Below are positions 18,944-28,130 of a stretch of 64,000 nt of DNA, one piece after another. Source of the DNA: Candidatus Latescibacterota bacterium (GTDB lineage Bacteria > Latescibacterota > CBDCVA01); contig CBDCVA010000002.1 of the NCBI GenBank assembly GCA_965222935.1, positions 1,035,442 through 1,099,441 of the forward strand. Direction: 5' to 3'. The translations under genes were made by a program, and so were the position numbers. How positions within the stretch are numbered: the first letter of the stretch is position 1; every line of letters begins with the position of its first letter. The notes beneath the pieces were generated by a model. That model was not told where the DNA came from. It made no database searches and saw only the letters and a program-made list of their open reading frames with translations.

Positions 18944-18988
18944 CACCGGTGCATTGACACCGGTGGCGACGCCGCGTTATTCTATAAT
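18944..18988 (+). promoter_or_regulatory. candidate sigma70-type promoter with two CACCGGTG palindromic boxes (putative operator) upstream of iolD
   Basis: TTGACA at 18954-18959; TTATTC 17 nt downstream and a perfect TATAAT at 18983-18988. CACCGGTG occurs at 18944-18951 and 18958-18965, flanking and overlapping the -35. Confidence 0.35.
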
Positions 18989-19154
18989 ATCCGCGTTGAC
19001 TATGCACCAGCATTGGAGGATAGACTCCTGGGGCCAACGACGGAACGCTCAGGATGGGAACAAAATAGGAGCTTCCCCTTGATGTTCTGCGGATCAACGT
19101 TGATCCAGGGGTCGATTCCATGCCGATAGAAAATGAAGCAAGGAGGCCGTGAGA

Positions 19155-21050
19155 ATGTCGGGAACGAACGGTCGGAAGACGGTCCGCTTGACCATGGCTC
19201 AGGCGGTGGTCAAGTACCTGCAAGTCCAGCACAGCGAACGCGACGGTGTGACGCGCCGCCTCATCCCCGCCATATTCGGGATCTTTGGCCACGGCAATGT
19301 GGCCGGGCTGGGCCAGGCGCTCCATGAAGTTGGCCGCGACCTGCCCTACTACCAACCGTGCAATGAGCAATCGATGGTCCATACCGCAAGCGGCTTTGCC
19401 AGGGCGAACTTCCGGCTGGCTACCCTGGCTTGCACCTCGTCCATAGGCCCCGGCGCTACGAATATGATCACCGGCGCTGCGACGGCGACCATTAATCGCC
19501 TGCCAGTGCTTTTATTGCCATCGGATCACTACGCGTCACGGCGCCAGGACCCCGTGTTGCAGCAACTGGAGCACCCGATCTCCGGGGACGTGAGCGTCAC
19601 CGATTGCTTCCGTCCGGTCAGCCGTTTCTTCGACCGCATCTCACGTCCCGAACAATTGCTCACCGCCTTGCCCGAAGCCATGCGCGTGCTGACGGACCCG
19701 GCCGAGACCGGTGTCGTGACCCTGGCGTTGCCGCAGGATGTGCAGGCGGAGGCCTACGACTATCCGGCCCATCTCTTCGAGCGGCGCATCTGGCATGTGG
19801 AGCGCCGGTTACCGGATCCGAAGCGCGTTGACGCGGCGGTAACCCTGCTCAAGGAGGCGGAGCGCCCTGCGATCATCGCCGGCGGCGGCGTGCATCACGC
19901 CGAGGCGTGGGAGGCGCTTGAGACCTTCTCCGAGGCGTTCGGCATTCCAGTGGGCGAGACCTTCGTCGGCAGGGGTTCGATCCGTAACGGCTCGCCGCTC
20001 CTGCTAGGCGGGCATGGCGTCACCGGCTCACCTTCCGCGGCAAAGATCATGAGTCAGGCCGACCTGGTGATCTGCGTGGGGACGCGGCTGACCGATTTCA
20101 CCACGGGTTCCCATTCGGCCTTTCAGCATCCGGACGTGAAATTCATCAGCATCAACGTGTGCGGGCACGATGCCCACAAGCAGGGCGCCACCCCGATCAT
20201 CGCCGACGCTCGTGAGGCATTGCGAGCCCTCACGGGTGCGGCGAAAGCGGCTGGATTGAAGCCGGACGCCCGTTATCTGGACGAGATTTCTGCGGCCAGG
20301 AGGGAGTGGGAAACGCAGCTCGCCCAGGAAGTGTACCGCCAGATCCCCGAAGAGGCGATGAGCCAGGGACAGGTCATCGGCGTGCTCAATGACGAGGCGC
20401 AGGCGGGGGACACCATCATCGCGGCCGCCGGCGGCCCCCCCGGAGACCTTCACAAGCTGTGGGATGCGAGCCGCGGCCGGGCCTGTCACATCGAGTTCGG
20501 TTTTTCGTGTATGGGCTACGAACTGCCGGCTGGACTGGGCGTGCGCATGGCTCAGCCGGGGGGCGAGGTCGTCGTGTACATCGGCGACGGCACGTATCTG
20601 ATGAACCCGATGGAGTTGGTCACCGCCATGCAGGAAAACCTGAAAATCACCGTCGTGGTCTCGGAGAATCACGGCTATCAGGTGATCCGGCAGCTTCAGA
20701 TGTTTCGCTCCGGACGCAGCTTTGGCAACGAGTTTCGAGCGCGCGACGAGAGCACGAACCGCCTCGAAGGCGACTACCTGCCGATCGATTTCGTCAAGAA
20801 CGCCGAGAGCATGGGCGCCAGGGCATGGCATGTCACCGCACCGGAAGGGCTGCGCCGCGCTTTGCATGAAGCGCGCGAGGAGGAGCGGTCGTGCGTCATC
20901 GTGACGGAAGTGGAAAAGCACCGCTATCTGCCGGGGTCGGGCGTCTGGTGGGACATCGCCGCCGCGGAGGCGTCCGATGACCCCCTGACGCAAGAGTTGC
21001 GGACCGCTTATGAAGGTGAGCGGGAGAAACTGCAGCGCTTCTATTATTGA
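19155..21050 (+). CDS. iolD: 3D-(3,5/4)-trihydroxycyclohexane-1,2-dione acylhydrolase (thiamine-diphosphate enzyme), myo-inositol catabolism
   Basis: N-terminus RLTMAQAVVKYLQVQ...GIFGHGNVAGLGQAL...NEQSMVHTASGFARA and a TPP-binding fold; AGGAGG RBS 8 nt before the ATG at 19155. Confidence 0.8.
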   Translation: MSGTNGRKTVRLTMAQAVVKYLQVQHSERDGVTRRLIPAIFGIFGHGNVAGLGQALHEVGRDLPYYQPCNEQSMVHTASGFARANFRLATLACTSSIGPGATNMITGAATATINRLPVLLLPSDHYASRRQDPVLQQLEHPISGDVSVTDCFRPVSRFFDRISRPEQLLTALPEAMRVLTDPAETGVVTLALPQDVQAEAYDYPAHLFERRIWHVERRLPDPKRVDAAVTLLKEAERPAIIAGGGVHHAEAWEALETFSEAFGIPVGETFVGRGSIRNGSPLLLGGHGVTGSPSAAKIMSQADLVICVGTRLTDFTTGSHSAFQHPDVKFISINVCGHDAHKQGATPIIADAREALRALTGAAKAAGLKPDARYLDEISAARREWETQLAQEVYRQIPEEAMSQGQVIGVLNDEAQAGDTIIAAAGGPPGDLHKLWDASRGRACHIEFGFSCMGYELPAGLGVRMAQPGGEVVVYIGDGTYLMNPMELVTAMQENLKITVVVSENHGYQVIRQLQMFRSGRSFGNEFRARDESTNRLEGDYLPIDFVKNAESMGARAWHVTAPEGLRRALHEAREEERSCVIVTEVEKHRYLPGSGVWWDIAAAEASDDPLTQELRTAYEGEREKLQRFYY

Positions 21051-21123
21051 CCGGGGGCGCATTCAGGGGGAACTACGGGTGATGGGCGCGCCCCGATGGC
21101 CATAGCGGCACGCGCCGCCGCCA

Positions 21124-21295
21124 CTCTTGCTCCCCTCCCTGCATGTGCCAGCGGAGCTTCCGCTGCCAGCGGAGCTTCCGCCGGGGAGGGGTCGGGGGTG
21201 GGGTCTCTTTAGGGTGGGGTTAGTGTCACTTTTTCAGCACTGACTTTTGCCCCAAAAATGACGATCTTCCCCCTCGCGCCCGAAGAGAGCAGCGA
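21124..21295. repeat. composite intergenic repeat: A element (GC-rich structured palindrome) plus B element (conserved gene-proximal ~75-bp motif), copy 1
   Basis: A: ctcccctccctgcatgtgccagcggagcttccgctgccagcggagcttccgccggggagggg...gggtgggg. B: ggttagtgtcac-N7-cagcactgactt...aaaatgacgatcttccc...gagagcagc, ending about 20 nt before the ATG at 21316. Confidence 0.85.
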
Positions 21296-21315
21296 CCAAA
21301 GAGGAGAGCGACGCC

Positions 21316-22158
21316 ATGACCCGAATGAAGCTCACGCCACAGCAACTGGCCTTCATCGACACCTTTGGATTCCTTCACTTTCCGGGGCTTCTGAGGGACT
21401 GCATCGATGAGATCATCGGTGCATTCGAAGCCGTCTGGGCGGCCCACGGCGGCGGGCACGACGACAAGGCGCACGACGGCACGGAGCGCTCCTGCATCGT
21501 CCCTTTCGTCGATCAGAGCGAATACCTCTGTGGGCTTCTGGACGATCCTCGCATTGACGGCATCATCGCAAGCCTGCTCGGCGACGACTACAACTACCTG
21601 GCCAGCGACGGCAATTACTACGTGGGAGATACCCGCTGGCATTCCGATGGGGGCTGGCAGCGGCCCATCGTCTACTACAAGATGGCCTTTTATCTCGACC
21701 CATTGACGCGTGATACGGGCGCCTTGCGCGTTATACCCGGCAGTCACAGGCACGAGGATGCGTATGCGGAGAGCCTGCAGCGGGGTCTACCTGGCTCCGA
21801 GGAGGCCTGGGGCGTCCACGGTAGCCAGGTGCCGGCCGTGGCCCTGGAGACCGAGCCGGGCGATGTCGCCGTCTTTCATCAAGGTACCAAGCACAGCAGT
21901 TGGGGCGGCGGTGCGAGACGACGGATGTTCACCCTCAACTTTTCAGCCCGGTATACCCCCGAACAGTTGCCTATGCTGCGCGGCGAGATCAGTAAGCTCG
22001 CCCGGTTCTGGATGGATTCGGTCTATGGCGAGACGATGCTTCGCACCGCTGGCCCCGAGCGTATGCGCCACCTCGAACAGGCCCTGGCCAACCAGGATCA
22101 TCTGCCGGAACTCTCCCGTGCGGCGCGCGAAGAGATGAACGAGCCCTCGCGCGGGTGA
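21316..22158 (+). CDS. PhyH-family Fe(II)/2OG dioxygenase-like protein (fourth paralogue, divergent)
   Basis: TRWHSDGG (HxD) and GDVAVFHQGTKHSS motifs on a double-stranded beta-helix-like layout. Confidence 0.65.
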   Translation: MTRMKLTPQQLAFIDTFGFLHFPGLLRDCIDEIIGAFEAVWAAHGGGHDDKAHDGTERSCIVPFVDQSEYLCGLLDDPRIDGIIASLLGDDYNYLASDGNYYVGDTRWHSDGGWQRPIVYYKMAFYLDPLTRDTGALRVIPGSHRHEDAYAESLQRGLPGSEEAWGVHGSQVPAVALETEPGDVAVFHQGTKHSSWGGGARRRMFTLNFSARYTPEQLPMLRGEISKLARFWMDSVYGETMLRTAGPERMRHLEQALANQDHLPELSRAAREEMNEPSRG

Positions 22159-22186
22159 TCATCGCCCGCAGCGTCCAGGCGCCGCT

Positions 22187-23161
22187 ATGGGATCGTCCCA
22201 GGCCATGATCGTCGATGCGCACGTCCACATCTTCCCCGAGGTCCGGGGCCTGGTGGGCGCTGGTCCCACGCGCGGTCTGGGCTATGGCCGTATCGCCATT
22301 GGCGACGGGGAGATGCAACTGCTCCCGCCCTATGGCGAGAAAACCGTCTTCACGGCTGAAATGCTCCTCGCGAACATGGATTGGGCCGGAGTGGACAAGG
22401 CGGTCATGCTCCAGGGGCCGTTCTACGGAGCGTGCAATCCGTACGTGCTGGAGGCCCAAAGCCGTCATCCCGAGCGTCTATTGGGCGCCGCTTTCCTCGA
22501 TCCGTGGGCCCCCGACAATCGCACAGCCTTCGACGCCATCGCCGCTTCATCCGGCTTTCGGGCGGTCAAACTCGAGTGTTCCGTGTCGGCCGGACTGTGC
22601 GGCATCCACCCCGAGGCCAGGCTCGATGCGCCCGAGATCGCCTGGCTGTGGGCCGAGCTCGAAGAGCGCGGATGGGTCCTGGTCCTCGATCTGGGTGCCG
22701 TGGGCAGTCGCTCCTATCAGACGAGCGCCGTGCGCGCCATCGCCGAAGAGCATCCCGGCCTCCGGATCGTCGTAGCGCATCTGGGCCAACCGACCCCCCA
22801 GGCGGAGGCCGACCCGGCCCTGTGGCGTCTGTGGCTCGATCAGATCGATCTTGGCCGTCTGCCCAACGTGTGGTTTGACACGGCCGCTCTTCCGCACTAC
22901 GTGCCGGACGAGGACTACCCCTACCCCAGCGCGGGACGGTACTTGCGCCTGGCTGCCGAACGCATCGGCCCGGCCAAGATCATGTGGGGCACGGATCAGC
23001 CGGGGCTTCTCGGTTACGCGAACTATCCGCAACTGGTGAAGCTGGCCGCCTTGCACACCGGGTTTCTGTCATCCGATGAACGAGCCCTCATTCTCGGTGG
23101 AAACGCCCTGCACGTTTACCGCTGGTCGTCGCGTTCAGTGATTCGCGAGGGGAAAGATTGA
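22187..23161 (+). CDS. amidohydrolase-2 family metal-dependent hydrolase (TIM barrel)
   Basis: MIVDAHVHIF start, ...VVAHLGQP..., ...WGTDQP... typical of PF04909-type amidohydrolases. Confidence 0.7.
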   Translation: MGSSQAMIVDAHVHIFPEVRGLVGAGPTRGLGYGRIAIGDGEMQLLPPYGEKTVFTAEMLLANMDWAGVDKAVMLQGPFYGACNPYVLEAQSRHPERLLGAAFLDPWAPDNRTAFDAIAASSGFRAVKLECSVSAGLCGIHPEARLDAPEIAWLWAELEERGWVLVLDLGAVGSRSYQTSAVRAIAEEHPGLRIVVAHLGQPTPQAEADPALWRLWLDQIDLGRLPNVWFDTAALPHYVPDEDYPYPSAGRYLRLAAERIGPAKIMWGTDQPGLLGYANYPQLVKLAALHTGFLSSDERALILGGNALHVYRWSSRSVIREGKD

Positions 23162-23239
23162 GCGCCCCTGAGCCTCGGGAATCCCGGCTTCGTTCCCTGC
23201 GCATCCGGGCCAACCGCCCCCCAGGCGGAGGCCGACCTT

Positions 23240-23504
23240 ACTCCCCTCCCTGCAAGCGGGGAGGGGCTGGGGGTGGGGTTCTCTTGCTCCCCTCCCTGCA
23301 TGTGCCAGCGGAGCTTCCGCTGCCAGCGGAGCTTCCGCCGGGGAGGGGGTTAGTGTCACGAATCTAGCACTGACTTAGCCCCTCCGATGCATTATCTTCC
23401 CACCCGTGATGACCGAGAGCGCTTGGACACAGCAAGAGGAGGCCTTCGCCACCGCCTTGGCCGATGGGCTGACCGAAGCCGAATCCGCCCAGGCGGCCGG
23501 CTGC
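23240..23504. repeat. composite repeat: A element (tandem short and full copies) plus long B element carrying a truncated TerS-like ORF start
   Basis: A at 23240-23349; B (ggttagtgtcacgaatctagcactgactt...attatcttcccacccGTGATGACCGAGAGC...) continues as MTESAWTQQEEAFATALADGLTEAESAQAAGC and then diverges. Preceded at 23199-23238 by a 40-bp copy of amidohydrolase gene sequence 22776-22815. Confidence 0.8.
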
Positions 23505-23579
23505 GCAGTGGGAAAAGAAAAGGCCCCCGCGCGGGCTGGGCACGGGGGCCGCATCGTAAAGCGATGGCCAGAGAAGGGC

Positions 23580-24200
23580 CTACCGCAGGAACGCCGCCTT
23601 GACCGCCCTCCACGTGGCCGCTTCCACCGCCACCGAGTCGTTTTGGTTTTCCCCATCGGGTCCAATGATGGGCGCGCCCGAAGTTACCAGCGCTTCGATT
23701 TCTTCGAGCTGTTCGAGCAGGGACAGGTTGGGATCGACCTCCACCCAGTGGCCGGTGCTGATCTTCGCGAAATAGCCGGTGTGCGGAATCAACGGATCCG
23801 GCACGATCAGCGCCCCATCCACAACGCGGTAGAAATACCCGCCTATCTGTGATAGGTTAGCACCGACCTTGATGCGGACATCCGTGCCGCCTGGACCTTC
23901 TCCCATGAGAGTAGTCCCGCCGTGGAAGTCGAGTTGATCCCAGCCGCCCAAGGCTTCTGCAATGGCCTTGAGCTCGTCGAACCTGCCTGCAACGTTGTCG
24001 GGATCGATCTCCACTTCGTCGCCGGACGTCGTGCCGATCGTGACCCCCGTGAAAGAGGGGTCGGAGCGGTCTATCTCCACAAGTTGGCCGTCCACAAGGC
24101 GGAAGAGACGCCCTTCTGCACTGCTGGAACCCACCGTGAAAACGAGCAATACAGCGGCCAGAACGCAGGCCCCAAGACAAAAAACGGAGCGCTTTGACAT
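23580..24200 (-). CDS. hypothetical secreted protein with two internally repeated halves
   Basis: Signal peptide MSKRSVFCLGACVLAAVLLVF; two related segments (FRLVDGQLVEIDRSD...EIDPDN... and YRVVDGALIVPDP...WVEVDPN...). Confidence 0.5.
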   Translation of the reverse strand: MSKRSVFCLGACVLAAVLLVFTVGSSSAEGRLFRLVDGQLVEIDRSDPSFTGVTIGTTSGDEVEIDPDNVAGRFDELKAIAEALGGWDQLDFHGGTTLMGEGPGGTDVRIKVGANLSQIGGYFYRVVDGALIVPDPLIPHTGYFAKISTGHWVEVDPNLSLLEQLEEIEALVTSGAPIIGPDGENQNDSVAVEAATWRAVKAAFLR

Positions 24201-24837
24201 GGCTCAACTCCTCCTTGAAATAAAAGATAGAGGCCCCGCCCTTGTAGACGGGGACTCTATCTATCCTAGATCGAATCGGTGCTTCACCAGCGTGAGGTTT
24301 TTGGACGCCTTAGAAGTCACCAACGGTGATAGGTTGATATGTAGGTTCCAGCAGCAACGGCGTTACCGCTCTCATCCAGCCCATTTCACACGATGCTGTA
24401 CTTCATGCACCAAGGTCCGCACGCACGGTCTGGGCCAGAGCTTCTCGGCAACCGGGAGCGCACTATCGGAACAACATCTTGATGGCGTCCCAACTCGACT
24501 CCACAGGGGCCGCGCCCGTGCCTTGATGCCCCGCTGTTGGGGGGCTTGTTGTAGGTGGTGAAACGCAAGTAAAACAGGGGCTTCGTCTATGGGATGGAAT
24601 ATAACCAACCTACGGCGCAATAAAAGCTTCCGATATCTGTTTGTCAAGAGAAAAATGATGGAGGAGATTTCATTTATGTGTTGTTGGGAAAAAACGATCT
24701 ATGAGCGGAAAGCCGCGCGCAGGGCCTCGATGCTGACCCTAGCCACGGTCCCGGGGTCTGGGCCGATCTGGACCGGCGTCGCCGATGGTCTTCGGGTCAC
24801 TCCCTACTCCGCTAACGATCTCCTCGCCCGTGACCGA

Positions 24838-24993
24838 TGTAGTGTCACACATCCAGCACTGACTTGGCCCCTCCAATGTATTATCTTTCCACCCGTGATG
24901 ACCGAGAGCACTTGGATACCGCAGGAGAAGGCCTTCGCCACCGCCTTGGCCAATGGGCTGACCGAAGCCGAATCCGCTCAAGCGGCCGGCTGC
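24838..24993. repeat. long B element (copy 3), including the 5' end of the TerS-like ORF
   Basis: gtagtgtcacacatccagcactgacttggcccctccaatgtattatctttccacccGTGATGACCGAGAGC...; near-identical to copy 2 over about 150 bp. Confidence 0.8.
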
Positions 24994-25398
24994 ACCCCCG
25001 AAGCCGCCTTGCAACTCTTGAGCGACGCGACTTTCCGCACCCATCTGGACGCGCTCACGCTACAGCGGTGCCGCGCGGCGCGCGCCGAAGCCTTGAGAGT
25101 CGCCCGGCGCAAGCTGCGCGAAGCGATGAACGCCCCCTCGAAGAAGGACCCGCTCGACTGGGTCAAGCTCGTGTGGACGCTATCCAACGACGTCGCCGCC
25201 GGAGATCCCTTCCCCCCTCCTCACGCGGGGCCTTCCTTTATCTCCCCTCCCTGCCTGCCCGCGGAGCTTCCGCCGCCCGCGGAGCTTCCGCCGGGGAGGG
25301 GGTTAGGGGGTGGAGTTAGTGTCACTCATCCAGCACTGACTTTCATCCCGAAAATGACGATCTTACCACTCGCGCCCGATGAGAGCAGCCGCCGATGA
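24898..25398 (+). CDS. small HTH protein resembling the N-terminal DNA-binding domain of phage terminase small subunit (TerS-like); C-terminus reads through repeat elements
   Basis: MTESTWIPQEKAFATALANGLTEAESAQAAGCTPEAALQLLSDATFRTHLDAL... has the spacing of TerS/HTH N-termini. The reading frame continues through the A3/B4 repeat to a stop at 25396-25398, so the 3' part is probably not native coding sequence. Confidence 0.3.
   Translation: MTESTWIPQEKAFATALANGLTEAESAQAAGCTPEAALQLLSDATFRTHLDALTLQRCRAARAEALRVARRKLREAMNAPSKKDPLDWVKLVWTLSNDVAAGDPFPPPHAGPSFISPPCLPAELPPPAELPPGRGLGGGVSVTHPALTFIPKMTILPLAPDESSRR
25241..25392. repeat. composite repeat: A element plus short B element (copy 4) upstream of the ADH gene
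   Basis: ctcccctccctgcctgcccgcggagcttccgccgcccgcggagcttccgccggggaggggg, then agttagtgtcactcatccagcactgactttcatcccgaaaatgacgatcttaccactcgcgcccgatgagagcagc; ADH ATG at 25421. Confidence 0.85.
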
Positions 25399-25420
25399 CA
25401 CAGACGAGAGGAGTGCACCC

Positions 25421-26521
25421 ATGAAGGCCGCAGTGGTTCATGAACTGAATGCCCCCTTCGTCATCGAGGACGTAACGCTCGAAGAGCCCGGTCCGGGTGA
25501 AGTGCGGGTCCGCATGGCTGCCAGCGGCGTCTGTCATTCCGATTGGCATGTGCTCACCGGTGCGTTCCCCCGTCGTCCGATGCCCGTCGTGTTGGGGCAC
25601 GAGGGGGCCGGCGTTGTGGAAGCCACCGGGCGCGGGGTGGCCCATGTCGAGCCCGGCGACCATGTCATCCTGTCCTGGGCACCGGCGTGCGGCGCATGCT
25701 TCTACTGCCTGCGCGACAGGGCCGGACTCTGCGAAACCTTCCTGGGGCCGAGGCGGGAGGGCACCATGCTCGACGGCACCACCCGCATGCGGATTCATGA
25801 CGAAAGGGTGCACCAGTTCAACGCGGTATCCACGTTTGCCGAGCGGACGGTTGTCCCCGAACAGGCGTGCGTCCCGGTGGGTAAGGAGTTGCCGCTGAAA
25901 ATCGCGGCCCTGATCGGCTGTGCCGTCACGACGGGTGTGGGAGCGACCATGTACACCGTTCAGATACGGCCCGGTGACAGCGTCGTCGTTTATGGTTGCG
26001 GTGGCGTGGGATTGAACGTCTTGCAGGGGGCCGCCCTGCACGGCGCTGAACCCATCATCGCCATCGATCAAATGCCGGCGAAAATGGAGCTCGCCAGGAC
26101 CTTCGGCGCGACGCACGCCGTGGTGGCCGACGAGGGGACGACCGACGCCATCCGGGACCTCACGGGGGGACGCGGCGCGGATTATGTCTTCGAAGCCATC
26201 GGTATCCCGGCGGTGCAGGAGGCGGCGTTTGATGCGTTGCACCCGGGCGGGACGCTGGTGCTGGTCGGCGCTGCGCCCGTGGGCTCTTCCATCAGCCTGC
26301 CCCCTCTCACGATCACCTTGCACGAAAAGAGAGTGATAGGAAGCCTCTACGGCTCTTCCAATCCGCGCCGGGACTTTCCCCTGCTCCTGGATCTCTACGC
26401 GGCGGGCAAGCTCAAGCTCGATGAACTGATCTCCCGCGAGTATCGTCTGGACGAGATCAACGCAGCTTTCGAGGCCATGCTGGGCGGCGAGGTGGCCCGC
26501 GGTTTGATCGTCTTCGACTAG
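25421..26521 (+). CDS. zinc-dependent alcohol dehydrogenase (MDR superfamily)
   Basis: MKAAVVHELNAPFVIEDV..., catalytic-zinc ligands in GVCHSDWH and GHEGAG, structural-zinc CGACFYC, Rossmann VVYGCGGVG. Confidence 0.85.
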   Translation: MKAAVVHELNAPFVIEDVTLEEPGPGEVRVRMAASGVCHSDWHVLTGAFPRRPMPVVLGHEGAGVVEATGRGVAHVEPGDHVILSWAPACGACFYCLRDRAGLCETFLGPRREGTMLDGTTRMRIHDERVHQFNAVSTFAERTVVPEQACVPVGKELPLKIAALIGCAVTTGVGATMYTVQIRPGDSVVVYGCGGVGLNVLQGAALHGAEPIIAIDQMPAKMELARTFGATHAVVADEGTTDAIRDLTGGRGADYVFEAIGIPAVQEAAFDALHPGGTLVLVGAAPVGSSISLPPLTITLHEKRVIGSLYGSSNPRRDFPLLLDLYAAGKLKLDELISREYRLDEINAAFEAMLGGEVARGLIVFD

Positions 26522-26577
26522 GCGATGGGTGTCGGTATGCACGAGCGACGGACGTTGGTCCTCAGTGGAGATTTCGC

Positions 26578-27726
26578 ATGGAGATGGTCCGAGTAGCCAC
26601 CTTTGAAGGTCCCGGAGCCGGGCCCCGGATCAGGACCGTGCCCCGGCCGAACGTGCCGGATGTGGCCGCATTGATTCAGATCGGCGCCTGCGGCGTGTGC
26701 GGCACCGACCTCCATATCCTCGAGGGCCACTGGCCCAAGCCCCTGCCCTGGCCCTTCACGCTGGGCCATGAGTTGGCCGGCATCGTCGTCGAAAAGGGCC
26801 CCGCCCTAAAAGCCGATTTCATGGGCCAACCCCTCTCCGTCGGCTCGAAGGTCATGCTGCCGCCGCTCATGCCTTGCGGGGAGTGCGACTACTGCGTGCA
26901 CTACCCGGCGAACGCCAACAAATGTCTCAATCCGACCTACTATGGCCGGTATCTTCCCTTCGATAAACCCCCGCACCTCTGGGGCGGATGGGCCGAGATG
27001 GTCTATGTGGACCTGGAGATGCTGCCGGCCACCAAGATCTACCGTCTGCCGGATAGCATGTCACTGATGCTCGGGTCGTTGGCCGAGCCGCTCACCTCCT
27101 GCGTTCGCGCGCTCAACCGGGCGGTGGGTGTCGGCGGCTTCCGGGTCGGCGATGCGGTAGTCGTTCAGGGCTCGGGGCCCATCGGCCTTCTAACGATGGT
27201 CGCGGCCAGGGAGATGGGCGCCGGCCGCGTCGTGGTGGTGGGCGCCCCCGATCAGCCGCGACTGGCTCTGTGCCGCGAATTCGGCGCCGACGCCACCGTG
27301 TCCATCGAGACCCACACGACAGCGCAGGCGCGGATCGACGCCGTCCGGGAGATCGTCGGCGGTTACGGAGCCGATCTCGTCGTTGAGTGCAGCGGCCATC
27401 CCTCGGCCGGCCCGGAGGGGATCGAGATGCTGCGCGACGGCGGGACCTACGTCGAGATGGGCCAGTTCACCGACGCGGGCTCCATCGAAACCAACTGGCA
27501 CCGCATCTGCACCAAGGACATCAACCTCCTGGGAAGCTGGGCCTTCACCGCCAACGACATCCCCCTGGCCATCGACATGCTCGACCGCGCCCGCGACCGC
27601 TACCCGTGGCACCGAATGCAGACGCGGTTCCCCTTCACCGAGGAGGGCGTCGCGGAGGCGACCGAAAGCGCCATGGCCATGCGCTGCCTCAAGGCCACCA
27701 TCATACCGAACGAGGGGATCGGCTGA
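26578..27726 (+). CDS. zinc-dependent dehydrogenase (MDR superfamily, polyol/threonine dehydrogenase-like)
   Basis: GACGVCGTDLHILEGHW, GHELAG, CGECDYC, VVQGSGPIG. Confidence 0.85.
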   Translation: MEMVRVATFEGPGAGPRIRTVPRPNVPDVAALIQIGACGVCGTDLHILEGHWPKPLPWPFTLGHELAGIVVEKGPALKADFMGQPLSVGSKVMLPPLMPCGECDYCVHYPANANKCLNPTYYGRYLPFDKPPHLWGGWAEMVYVDLEMLPATKIYRLPDSMSLMLGSLAEPLTSCVRALNRAVGVGGFRVGDAVVVQGSGPIGLLTMVAAREMGAGRVVVVGAPDQPRLALCREFGADATVSIETHTTAQARIDAVREIVGGYGADLVVECSGHPSAGPEGIEMLRDGGTYVEMGQFTDAGSIETNWHRICTKDINLLGSWAFTANDIPLAIDMLDRARDRYPWHRMQTRFPFTEEGVAEATESAMAMRCLKATIIPNEGIG

Positions 27727-28108
27727 TAGCGCCGGATGGGAGCGCGCTCATGATCGTGGCCCGGTCGTCTACAAGGTAGATCGGCTCAGCCGGTCGCTTC
27801 TGGAGGGCGCCCATGACCTCTACCCTCACACCTCGGACCTCGAATACTCCGAAGTGAGAGCGGATCCGTTCACCTTGCGAATGGGCAACCGGGCGAACCG
27901 CGTACTCGGACAAGGATCGCTCCACGGCATATGCGCCCGATTCGTCCGTCTGCAAGTCGATGTCATGGACCTCCACAGGAACGCCCTGGAGAGCGTGTCC
28001 CAGACTGCCCGTCAGGGCCCACACGACATCCGTCGAGTCGAGACGCGAGCTGATGAGCAGGAGGGCGTCCAGCACCGTTTCGCTGTCATCCCAGTGAACT
28101 TCGCTCAT
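27701..28108 (-). CDS. small nucleotidyltransferase-fold protein (Pol-beta superfamily, MNT-like)
   Basis: Signature LTGSLGHALQGVPVEVHDIDLQ (G-S-x(9-13)-D-x-D). 3' end overlaps the convergent ADH gene by about 26 nt; lies in a visibly lower-GC patch. Confidence 0.45.
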   Translation of the reverse strand: MSEVHWDDSETVLDALLLISSRLDSTDVVWALTGSLGHALQGVPVEVHDIDLQTDESGAYAVERSLSEYAVRPVAHSQGERIRSHFGVFEVRGVRVEVMGALQKRPAEPIYLVDDRATIMSALPSGAISRSPRSV

Positions 28109-28130
28109 CGGCCTCTGTTATGCCCTGCAT

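Noticed and set aside
24589-24897. N-terminal extension of the TerS-like ORF (MGWNITNLRRNKSFRYLFVKRKMMEEISFMCCWEK...)
   Set aside because: It runs through an AT-rich non-coding-looking stretch and through the B element itself; the conserved GTG-ATG at 24895-24900 shared with the truncated copy at 23406 is the more plausible start.
23135-25398. ORFs encoding PAELPLPAELPPGRG-type peptides (e.g. 23158..23367, 23135..23359, and the C-terminal part of 24589..25398)
   Set aside because: These are read-through translations of the palindromic A element in various frames and orientations, not a conserved protein.
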